Assembly (NCBI GenBank): GCA_963778655.1 | Contig: CAVZVA010000010.1 | Location: 480,001 to 544,000 of the forward strand | From: an uncultured delta proteobacterium | GTDB lineage: Bacteria; Myxococcota_A; Polyangia; Polyangiales; JAFGIB01 | Length of the DNA: 64,000 bases | Reading direction: 5' to 3' | Shown: one piece after another, positions 27,972 to 36,380 of the stretch | Position numbering within the stretch: the first letter of the stretch is position 1 | Layout: each line of letters opens with the position of its first letter | The notes under the pieces: model-generated | The model's database searches: none | Told to the model about the DNA's origin: nothing | What the model saw: the letters and a program-made list of their open reading frames with translations, nothing else | Translations under genes and position numbers: made by a program

Positions 27972-29094
27972 AGAGCTCAAAACAGGCCAGTGTCTCGAGA
28001 TGTCCCGTAAACGGGAGCAGCTCGTAGGCGAAAAGCGCCCTCAGGCGCAGGCGGCCGGCGAGCAGCACCCCCGTGTCGGCCAGAAACGAGTCGAGCCCGC
28101 AGCTGAGGTACAGCACGCGCGCTGGCGGCCGCGCGGCCAGCGCCACGCGCAGCGCCGGGTCGAGCCCCTTGCGCGGCGGGTCGGCAATCACCACCTCGGC
28201 ACCGTCGAGCAGCCCGAGCTGCTCGGCGACCGGGCCCGCGCACACCAAGGCGCGCGCTCGCAACCCGGGCGAAAGCGCGTCGATGCCCATGCGCAGCCCG
28301 CGCAGCGAGCCCTCGGCCAGCTCGTTGAAACGCACGCGCCGGGCGCGCGGCAGCAGCGAGAGCCCAATCGCGCCGGTGCCCGCGTACAGCTCGAGCAGCT
28401 CCGCGCCGTCCGGAACCAGCTGTCCGATCTGCTCGACGATGCGCTCGTAGAGCGCGAGGTTGCCCTGTGCGAAGGCATCGGGCGGAAAGAACACCTCGGC
28501 GCCTGCTATGCGCTCGTGCAGTGCGTCCGGACCGCTCACCTTCTCGCAGCGCGGGCCGAGGATGGTGTTGGTGCGCGCGGTGTTGGCACTAAAGAACAGG
28601 CCGTTCAGGCGCGTCCCCAGCAGCGCCTGCACCCGCGAGAACAGCGGCAGCAGCGGTGTCACCGTCTCGCAATTGGCGGCCAGCACCAGCTGCGCGGTGC
28701 CCGTCGCGCGCTCGACCGCCACCTGCGCGTAGCGCAGCAGCCCGCGGTGGGGGCCCTCGGCGTAAGGCTCGACGTGGAGCTCGCGCACGGCCTGCTTGAG
28801 CACGGCCGCCACCTCGTTGATCAGCGGATGGTGCACCAGACAACTCGGGATGTCGGCAATGCGGTGGCTGCCCAGCTGGAAGATGCCGAGCTTGGGCGAG
28901 CTCGAGCGCCCGCGCAGCGCCAGCCGCGCGCGCAGTCTGTAGCCGCGCGCCTCGGGCGCCGGCACGGCCTGCAGCGCCACGCCGTGCTGCGCCGCGAAGC
29001 GCGCCAGCGCCGCGTACGCGGGGCCCGCCTGCAGCGGCTCGCCGAAGCGCGGGCAGCCGGGGCACGGCGGCCGGTGCGGGCAGCGCAGGCTCAT
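27970..29094 (-). CDS. RlmD/TrmA-family RNA (uracil-5-)-methyltransferase lacking a TRAM domain
   Basis: CPHRPPCPGC (Fe-S), GYRLRARL, FAQGN, LELYAGTGAIG, ADPPRKGL, LYLSCG, PFTGHLETL. Confidence 0.9.
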   Translation of the reverse strand: MSLRCPHRPPCPGCPRFGEPLQAGPAYAALARFAAQHGVALQAVPAPEARGYRLRARLALRGRSSSPKLGIFQLGSHRIADIPSCLVHHPLINEVAAVLKQAVRELHVEPYAEGPHRGLLRYAQVAVERATGTAQLVLAANCETVTPLLPLFSRVQALLGTRLNGLFFSANTARTNTILGPRCEKVSGPDALHERIAGAEVFFPPDAFAQGNLALYERIVEQIGQLVPDGAELLELYAGTGAIGLSLLPRARRVRFNELAEGSLRGLRMGIDALSPGLRARALVCAGPVAEQLGLLDGAEVVIADPPRKGLDPALRVALAARPPARVLYLSCGLDSFLADTGVLLAGRLRLRALFAYELLPFTGHLETLACFEL

Positions 29095-29882
29095 CGCGGC
29101 TGAGCCCGCTGCGGAAACAGCAGCACCACCTGCGCGATCATGCTCGCGCCGAAGAACCACACGTTGACCGCCAGCGCCGCGAAACCGTGGATGCCCAGCG
29201 CCAGCGCGATCGCCAGCGGCCGGCCGCGCCGCAGCAACAGCAGCAGCCCGAGCGTCATCTCTCCGCCGACCGCGAGCCACGACAGCGCGCGGTTGAAGGG
29301 CAGCGAGCGCAGCAAGGGCAGCAGCGCCGACGGGTAGGGCCAGTGCGCCTGGGCCAGGTACGCGTGGCGCACCAGGAAGTGGCCGCCCGATAGAAACGCC
29401 GGGTTGAGCTTGAGCGTGGCGGTCGCGACGTAGATCCAGCCGGTCTGGAACACCAGCGCGGCGCGCACCCAGGCCGGCACGCGCGGGGCCCCGCCGGGCT
29501 CGGCCGCGGGCTCGGGCGCGCAGAACACCAGGTAGCTGCAGGTCGCCACGAAGTAAAAGAAGTCGTTGAGCCCGAAGTAGCCGAAGGCCTCGACCGCGCG
29601 CAGCGAGACCGCGCCGAGCGCGCACGGCACGATCGCGCGACCCAGCAGCAACCCGAGCTCGCACGCCACGAGCCCGAGCTGCAGCGCGACCAGGCCGTGG
29701 GGTGCGCCGTGCTGGAGCGTACCGAGCCAGTCCGCACAGAACGCGGTCCCGCTCCACAGCAGGTCGCACAGGTCGTAGCACAGCCAGATCAGCGCGAAGG
29801 CGCAGCGGAAGCGCGACAGGCACGCGGCCGGTTCGTCGCGCGCGATCCAGGCGGTGAAGCGCTCACGGGCAGTCGAAGCCAT
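29091..29882 (-). CDS. HTTM-domain (VKGC/SdpB-like) membrane protein
   Basis: LSRFRCAFALIWL, VPAWVRAALVFQTGWIYVATATLKLNPAFLSG, GEMTLGLLL, LGIHGFAAL..NVWFFG. Confidence 0.7.
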   Translation of the reverse strand: MASTARERFTAWIARDEPAACLSRFRCAFALIWLCYDLCDLLWSGTAFCADWLGTLQHGAPHGLVALQLGLVACELGLLLGRAIVPCALGAVSLRAVEAFGYFGLNDFFYFVATCSYLVFCAPEPAAEPGGAPRVPAWVRAALVFQTGWIYVATATLKLNPAFLSGGHFLVRHAYLAQAHWPYPSALLPLLRSLPFNRALSWLAVGGEMTLGLLLLLRRGRPLAIALALGIHGFAALAVNVWFFGASMIAQVVLLFPQRAQPR

Positions 29883-30252
29883 GCTGGAAGCTTCCTCGGG
29901 GCGTCATGCAGGTGATGCTCACGCGGGTCGCGGCCTTGCGCAGGCGACAGCCCATCAGCGCCGCGTACACGTACCCGCCCGGCGCGTTGTAGACCGGGTC
30001 CCACTCGAAGGGCGCGCCGAAATCGCGGAAGTGATGATAGCCGCGGCCCACCGGCAGCGCCGGATCCCATTGCACGTCGCAGCGCGCGATCGGAATCGAG
30101 AACATGTCCCAGGAAAACGGCACGCGCACCGGCACTGCCGTGAAGGGCCGATATCCCTGCCGCACCTGGCCGAGCATCGCGTGCGCCTGGACCAGCACGA
30201 AGCTCAGCAGAAAGAGCGCGACGAACAGCGGATTTCGGCGCAGCGTGTTCAT
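29863..30252 (-). CDS. Small exported protein with FSWDMFS motif (HTTM partner)
   Basis: N-terminal TM or signal; VPFSWDMFS; four Cys; overlaps the start of the HTTM gene. Confidence 0.65.
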   Translation of the reverse strand: MNTLRRNPLFVALFLLSFVLVQAHAMLGQVRQGYRPFTAVPVRVPFSWDMFSIPIARCDVQWDPALPVGRGYHHFRDFGAPFEWDPVYNAPGGYVYAALMGCRLRKAATRVSITCMTPRGSFQHGFDCP

Positions 30253-30272
30253 GCCGCCGCCACTCCCACTCT

Positions 30273-31133
30273 TCAGGCGAGCTCGCGCGCCCAGGCGGAG
30301 CCGGTCTCCATTCCCATCGCCTGCGCCTCGGCCGCGTGCGACGGGTCCATCAGATTGCCCCCCAGACGCGCGCCCTCTTGCGCGCTCGGCGTCTTGATCG
30401 AGACCTCGCAGCCCAGCGCGTGCAGCGCCCGGACCTCGGCGGCCAGCATGCGCTCGGCGTGGCGCCCGATGCCGCGCGCGGTCGCCGCGTTGGTGGGCAT
30501 CGCGATCAGCACCCGCGCGGGGCGGTCAGGCAGCAGCAGGTCGGCGTTGGTCGAGCTGTGGACCTGGCCGTCCATGTACAGCCGGCCCTTGATCGACACC
30601 GAGGGGAACATGCCCGGCACCGCCGAGGAGGCTGCGACCGCGCGGCTCAGCGGCACGCCGGCGTGGCGATCGAAGACGCGTCGCTGCCCGGTTTCCGTGT
30701 CCACCGCCACGATCAGCATGCGCAGCTCCGGCCAGTCATCCCCCCCGATCGTGCGGCCGATGCTCGCAACCCAGGCCTGCTCGCCCTGGCGGTTGATCCC
30801 GCGCGCGAGCTGCCCGATCGCGGCGGCCTGCTCGGGGGTCGTGAGCTCCATCCCGCGCCAGAGCTTGAACACCTGACCCAGCACGACCGGGTCGAGCTTG
30901 GAGAAGCTCAACGGCGGGCCCGGCTCGACCGCCGCTGCGCCGGCATCCACGCCGTCGCGCAGCGGCAGTCTGCCGGCGGCGAGCTGGGCGCCGATGATCG
31001 CGCCCGCGGAGGTGCCCACGATCGCGTCGACCCCGCGCGGGTCGAACCCGGCTTCGGCCAGTCCCAGCGCGATCCCGAGCTCCCAGGCGACGCCGATCAC
31101 TCCACCGCCGCCCAACACCAGGACGCTGGTCAT
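30273..31133 (-). CDS. Patatin-like phospholipase
   Basis: VLGGGG, VGTSAGA (nucleophile), AASSAVPGMFP, YMDGQ. Confidence 0.9.
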   Translation of the reverse strand: MTSVLVLGGGGVIGVAWELGIALGLAEAGFDPRGVDAIVGTSAGAIIGAQLAAGRLPLRDGVDAGAAAVEPGPPLSFSKLDPVVLGQVFKLWRGMELTTPEQAAAIGQLARGINRQGEQAWVASIGRTIGGDDWPELRMLIVAVDTETGQRRVFDRHAGVPLSRAVAASSAVPGMFPSVSIKGRLYMDGQVHSSTNADLLLPDRPARVLIAMPTNAATARGIGRHAERMLAAEVRALHALGCEVSIKTPSAQEGARLGGNLMDPSHAAEAQAMGMETGSAWARELA

Positions 31134-31155
31134 CGCTTTGAAGGCTCCAGGCGGC

Positions 31156-32334
31156 TCAGCCCAACCGCTCGATAATGGTGCAGTTCGCGGTGCCGCCGCC
31201 CTCGCAGATCGCGAGCAGGCCGAAACGCCCGTCGCGGCGCTCCAGCTCGTGCAACAGCGTGGTCATGAGCTTGGCGCCGGTCGCGCCCAGCGGATGGCCC
31301 AGGGCCATCGCCCCACCGTTGACGTTGAGCTTGTTCTTGTCGGCGCCGAGCGCCTTGGCCCACGCCAGCGGCACAGGCGCGAACGCCTCGTTGATCTCGT
31401 AGACGTCGAAGTCCTCGAGCTTCATGCCGGCTTTGGCCAGCGCCTTGCGCGTTGCGGGAATCGGTCCTTCGAGCATGATCACCGGATCGTCTCCGACCAC
31501 GCTGAGGGTGTGGAAGCGCGCGCGCGGCACCAGCTTGTTCTCGCGCAGACCGTATTCGTTAGCGATCAGGACCGCCGCGGCGCCGTCGCAGATCTGGCTG
31601 CTGGTGGCCGCGGTGATCAGCCCGCCCGGGGTGAGCGGCTCGAGCGCCTTGGTCTTTTCGAGCGACGGCTTGAGCCGGACGCCCTCGTCGACCTCGTGCA
31701 CCGTGCGCGTGCCGTCCTCGAGCGTGACCTCGAGCGGCACGATCTCGCGGCTGAAGAAGCCTTCCTTGATGGCGCGTCCGGCCTTGACGTGGCTCAGGTA
31801 GGCGAACTCGTCGAGCTCGTCGCGGCTGAGCTCGTGCTTCTTGGCCAGCAGCTCGGCGCCGGTGAACTGACTGAAGCGCACGCCCGGGTAGCGCTTGGCG
31901 ATGCCCTCGCCGTCATAGGGTTGGCCGTGGCCTTGCTTGAGGCCGTCGATGATGTTGGAGCCGATCGGCACGCGCGTCATGCTCTCCACGCCGCCGGCCA
32001 CGACCACGTCCTGGGTCTCGCTCATCACCGCCTGGACAGCGAAATGGATCGCCTGCTGGCCCGAGCCGCACTGGCGATCGACGCTGGTACCCGGCACGCT
32101 CTCGGGCAGGCCCGAGGACAGCACGCAGTTGCGCGCGATGTTGGCGGCCTGCGCGCCGCTCTGACCTACGCAGCCAAAGATCACGTCCTCGATCTTGCCC
32201 GGGTCGATGCCGGTGCGCGCGACCAGAGCGTCGAGCACCTTGCCGCCGAGGTCGGCCGGGTGCAGGCCGCTCAGCCGCCCTTTGTTACGGCCGCCGGCCG
32301 TGCGGACCGCGCCTACGATATACGCCGATGCCAT
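31156..32334 (-). CDS. Acetyl-CoA C-acyltransferase (thiolase)
   Basis: VDRQCGSGQQA, SSQICDGAAA, EINEAFA, ALGHPLGATG, ICEGGGTAN. Confidence 0.95.
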   Translation of the reverse strand: MASAYIVGAVRTAGGRNKGRLSGLHPADLGGKVLDALVARTGIDPGKIEDVIFGCVGQSGAQAANIARNCVLSSGLPESVPGTSVDRQCGSGQQAIHFAVQAVMSETQDVVVAGGVESMTRVPIGSNIIDGLKQGHGQPYDGEGIAKRYPGVRFSQFTGAELLAKKHELSRDELDEFAYLSHVKAGRAIKEGFFSREIVPLEVTLEDGTRTVHEVDEGVRLKPSLEKTKALEPLTPGGLITAATSSQICDGAAAVLIANEYGLRENKLVPRARFHTLSVVGDDPVIMLEGPIPATRKALAKAGMKLEDFDVYEINEAFAPVPLAWAKALGADKNKLNVNGGAMALGHPLGATGAKLMTTLLHELERRDGRFGLLAICEGGGTANCTIIERLG

Positions 32335-32509
32335 GCTCAACCTCCCCTGCTGCAAGGGATCCGCCGAGAGCTGGGCAAGCTAGCCGACGCACCGAAAACA
32401 GTCAAGGCTGACCGTTTCTTGCGGTGCGCAGGCGTGGCGCCCCGTGCCGCCGGTTCGCGGCTCGGCCGATCGCGCAAGAAGACGCCAGCCTTCCCCGGCG
32501 AACGACCGC

Positions 32510-34159
32510 TCAAGCGCCGAGCTTGAACGGGAACTTCACCTCGAAGCTGCTCTTCTGGAACTTTGGGAAGGGCGTGCTGCGCACCGCGCGCTCGACGCAG
32601 CTCTTGGCGGCGGCGTCGACGCCGGAGACCGAGACACTGGTCGCGCGACCGCGGCTGCCCGAGATGCTGATGGCCGCGGTCGCGATGCCGCTGCCCTTGC
32701 AGCCCGCCACCTTGGCCTTGGCCCTGGTCAGCGCCGCCAGCATGGCGTCGCGGCTGGGCGTCGCCGGCAAGTCGCTCTTGGGCGCGGGCTCGCTCTTGGG
32801 CGGCGCCTTCTTGCCGCTGACCGCTCCGTCGAGCAGCTCGTCGAGGGTCGGGCTGCCGCCCTTCTTGTGCTCGGGCGGCGACGCCTTGGCGAACAGATCC
32901 TCGTCGCTGCCTTTGGCTTTGCTCTTGCTCGAGCTGTCCCTGAGCGGGATGCCCTCGTCGCGGCTGACGTGGTGACTGGCCACCGCCGCCGCGCGCTCGT
33001 GCCTGACGTGATGGCTGATGCCGCGGTGTGCATGGCTGGAGCGCCGCGGCCTGTGCTCAGCGGCTTGTTCGGGCTCGGCCTGCGCGGTTTCGTCTGCTTG
33101 CGCGGCTTCGTCTTGTTGCGCGGCTTCGGGCGGCGCCGCTTGCTCGGGCTCGGCCACCGGCTGGGGATCGGGCGCAGCAGCGGGGACCGCGGGCGCGGCG
33201 ACCGGCACCGCAGCGGGCGCCGCCACCGGCTGCGCCAGCGCGACCACCGGCGGCGGCGGCGGCCTGCGCGTGAGCGCGAGCACGGCGATGCCGGACGCCA
33301 GCACGAAGCCGAGCGCCGCCAGGCTGGCGAACACCTTGGTGCGCAGATCGATCCCGCTGGCGGCGCGCGACGCGGGCAGCGACACCGGCGCCAGCGTGTC
33401 GAGCGGCGAGATCTCGGCGCCCATAATCGGGCGGTACGCTTCGTCGGCTTGGCCGCCTGCGAGCGATGCAACGTCGATCAGGCCCGAGCCTTCGCCCGAC
33501 GCGTAGCCGGGGCGCACCGAGGGCGCGGCGGCGGCCGGGTTCGGCAGCGACGCGGCGCTCAGCGCGCGGATCTGATCGAAGGAGAACTGCACCGTGCCCT
33601 CGTGCTGCGCTCCAGGCGTCGTCATCTCGGCCGCGCTCACGCGCGGGCCCTGGGCGGGCGGCGCCTCCGCGAACGGGTCGTTGCCCATCTGCACCTCGGG
33701 TGCGCGCGAAAGCGCGCGCGGCACCGGTGCCGGCCGCGGGGGTGCCGCGGAGCGCCGCGGTGCGGCCGCGTGCTCGAGCTCGGGCACCTGGGCCGCCAGC
33801 CGCCAGTCCGACCAGCCTTGCCGGTAGACCAACGTGTCCGCGCCAATCGTGCCATCGGCGCGGTAGCCCGCAAGCTCGTCCAGGGTGTAGGGCCCCTGGC
33901 TGGCGTCTCCCACGGCGACGTGCCAGGCAGCGTCCGGCTCCGAGGCGACGATGGGTTGCGGCGCCCGCACCGGCTCGCGGGCGGCAGGCGCCTCGACCGC
34001 ATCAGGCTCGTCAGGCGGCGCGGCCGCGCTGGCCAGGACGGCGCCGTCAACCACAATCGGCTCGCCGCACTTCTTGCACCGCAGTTTCAGGCGCCGGCCG
34101 GCGACCTTCTCATCGGCGACGGAATACGCGGCCCCACAATGCTCGCATCCTACCCTCAT
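32510..34159 (-). CDS. Zinc-ribbon + GYF_2 + TM + TonB_C-like protein (AgmX/GltJ-like architecture)
   Basis: CEHC...CKKC N-terminus; WHVAVGDASQGPY...LVYRQGWSDW; one TM; Pro/Ala/His linker; C-terminal CVERAVRSTPFPKF...VKFPFKL. Confidence 0.85.
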   Translation of the reverse strand: MRVGCEHCGAAYSVADEKVAGRRLKLRCKKCGEPIVVDGAVLASAAAPPDEPDAVEAPAAREPVRAPQPIVASEPDAAWHVAVGDASQGPYTLDELAGYRADGTIGADTLVYRQGWSDWRLAAQVPELEHAAAPRRSAAPPRPAPVPRALSRAPEVQMGNDPFAEAPPAQGPRVSAAEMTTPGAQHEGTVQFSFDQIRALSAASLPNPAAAAPSVRPGYASGEGSGLIDVASLAGGQADEAYRPIMGAEISPLDTLAPVSLPASRAASGIDLRTKVFASLAALGFVLASGIAVLALTRRPPPPPVVALAQPVAAPAAVPVAAPAVPAAAPDPQPVAEPEQAAPPEAAQQDEAAQADETAQAEPEQAAEHRPRRSSHAHRGISHHVRHERAAAVASHHVSRDEGIPLRDSSSKSKAKGSDEDLFAKASPPEHKKGGSPTLDELLDGAVSGKKAPPKSEPAPKSDLPATPSRDAMLAALTRAKAKVAGCKGSGIATAAISISGSRGRATSVSVSGVDAAAKSCVERAVRSTPFPKFQKSSFEVKFPFKLGA

Positions 34160-34513
34160 GCTACCACCTCACTGCCGCCGGACAGCATTCTGCTGTACGG
34201 ACGCGTCCTAGCCCGGCGGCCATCAGCCTACCCTAGCGCCCCCAACGAGAATACCACCGTTTAGGGAGTGCAAAACCCCCCACTGTGCAGGGTCGGTACA
34301 CGTATCGCGCGCGTCCGGGAAGAGCCCCACGGCTGACCGCTGAGAGCCGCCATGAGGCCTGATTTGGCCGGTTCCGGGGGGTTTTCGGGCGCGGCTCAGC
34401 GGCGGCCCCGGGACTATCTGGCAGGCGTTGGCGGCCTCACGCGCGATCCGCCGTGATGACACGCGTGCGCCACGCGCCCGACACCGACGGCGCGCAAGCT
34501 GCCCGGCTCGGCG

Positions 34514-36205
34514 ATGAAGATCGCGCGCAGAACGCTGGTGAAGCAATTGGGCGCCGCGGCATCGCTGGCGGCCGGCACCGCCCTGCTCCGCAGCGCGCGC
34601 TGCGGCCCGCGGCAGGCCGCCAACCCCGGGCCGCAAACGCCGCCGGGCGCCGCGCAACGCCGCGGCACCCGATCGCGTCCCGCCGCCGCCGGGCCGGAAC
34701 ACCTGCCCTTGCACCTCGATCGGCTCGCACGCTTCGTGGATGCCTTGCCGATCCCGCCAGTGCTGGCGCCCGAGGGCACGCTCGGGGACCCGCGCCGGCC
34801 TCGCGCCGACCTCTATCGCGTCGCGATGCGGGAAGCGGAGCTGCGCATTCACCGCGACCTGCCGCCCGCGCGGATGTGGGGTTTCGAGGGCAGCGTGCCC
34901 GGACCGACGTTCGAGACGCGCAGCGGACGGGCCCTGGCGGTGCAGTGGCGCAACCAGCTGCCGCAGCGTCATCTGCTGCCCATCGATCACACGCTGTGCG
35001 GCGCGGCGGCAGGCCAGCCCGAGGTGCGCACCGTCGTCCATGTGCACGGTGCGCGCGTGCCGGCGGACAGCGACGGGTATCCGACCGACTGGTATCCGCC
35101 GGGGCGCTCTGCGTTGCTGCACTATCCGAACCGGCAGGACGCGACCATGCTCTGGTACCACGACCACGCGATGGGGATCGAACGGCTCAATCAGTACGCG
35201 GGGCTGTTCGGGCTGTTTCTGATCCGCGACGAGGTCGAGGACGCGCTCGCGCTTCCACGCGGCCCCTACGAAGTGCCGCTGGTGCTGTGCGACCGCATCT
35301 TCGGCGCGGACGCACAGCTGCGCTACCCCACCTCGGGCGACGCCCATGCGCCCTGGGTGCCGGAGGTCTACGGCGACGCCCAGCTGGTCAACGGCAAGCT
35401 CTTCCCCTACCTGGATGTCGAGCCACGCCGTTATCGCTTCCGCGTGCTGAATGCGGCCAACGGACGCTTCTATTATCTGTCGCTGTCCAACGGCATGACA
35501 TTCCACCAGATCGGCAGCGACCAGGGACTGTTGCCCGCGCCGGTGGAGCTGCGCAGCGTGACCCTGGCGCCCGCGGAGCGCGCCGATCTGATCGTGGATT
35601 TCAGCGGCTATGCCGGCAGCGAGCTGCTGCTCAAGAGCCAGGCGTTCGAGTTGATGCAGCTGCGCGTCGCGGCCGGCGCGCGCGCGGCGGAGGCGGCGCT
35701 GCCGGCGCGGCTGCGCCCGCTGCCGAGGACGCCCGTGACCGCGGCGGTGAAGACGCGCACGCTGACGCTCGACGAGTACCAGGATCCGAAGACGCACCGC
35801 ATGCTGATGCTGCTCAACGGCACCTATTGGCGCGAGCCGGTGAGCGAGCAGCCTGAGCTGGGCAGCGTCGAGGTGTGGAACCTGGTCAATCTGACCGAGG
35901 ACACGCACCCGATCCACCTCCATCTGGTGCGCTTCCAGATCTTGAATCGACAGCGCTTCGACGCCGACGAGTACAACACCTCGGGCACGATGCGCCTGCT
36001 GGGAGATCCGATTGCACCCGATCCGAACGAGGCCGGCTGGAAGGACACGGTGCGCGCCGGGCCCGGGCTGATCACGCGCATCATCACGCGCTTCGAAGGC
36101 TACGCCGGTCGCTACGTGTGGCACTGCCACGTGCTGGAGCACGCCGCCAACGAGATGATGCGGCCGTTCGAGGTGGTGGCGCCGCGCGCCGCGCGCAGGG
36201 GCTGA
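34514..36205 (+). CDS. Multicopper oxidase, CotA/bilirubin-oxidase-like, Tat-type signal
   Basis: ARRTLVK signal; HVHG, WYHDH, HPIHLH, WHCHVLEHAANEMM copper motifs. Confidence 0.93.
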   Translation: MKIARRTLVKQLGAAASLAAGTALLRSARCGPRQAANPGPQTPPGAAQRRGTRSRPAAAGPEHLPLHLDRLARFVDALPIPPVLAPEGTLGDPRRPRADLYRVAMREAELRIHRDLPPARMWGFEGSVPGPTFETRSGRALAVQWRNQLPQRHLLPIDHTLCGAAAGQPEVRTVVHVHGARVPADSDGYPTDWYPPGRSALLHYPNRQDATMLWYHDHAMGIERLNQYAGLFGLFLIRDEVEDALALPRGPYEVPLVLCDRIFGADAQLRYPTSGDAHAPWVPEVYGDAQLVNGKLFPYLDVEPRRYRFRVLNAANGRFYYLSLSNGMTFHQIGSDQGLLPAPVELRSVTLAPAERADLIVDFSGYAGSELLLKSQAFELMQLRVAAGARAAEAALPARLRPLPRTPVTAAVKTRTLTLDEYQDPKTHRMLMLLNGTYWREPVSEQPELGSVEVWNLVNLTEDTHPIHLHLVRFQILNRQRFDADEYNTSGTMRLLGDPIAPDPNEAGWKDTVRAGPGLITRIITRFEGYAGRYVWHCHVLEHAANEMMRPFEVVAPRAARRG

Positions 36206-36380
36206 CGCGGGGCGGGCGCCCGACACTGGAGCGCCGTGCCCCGGTTTGTCGCGCGTACCGCGCTGGCTTGCACGCGATCGCTACGCACTCGTCACGCGAC
36301 TCTTGGTCAAGCGTCACGCGCGACAGGTAGATGCAACCGGTCCCAGCCAATCTCAGCCAATCACTCAAGCGAGGTATGCG

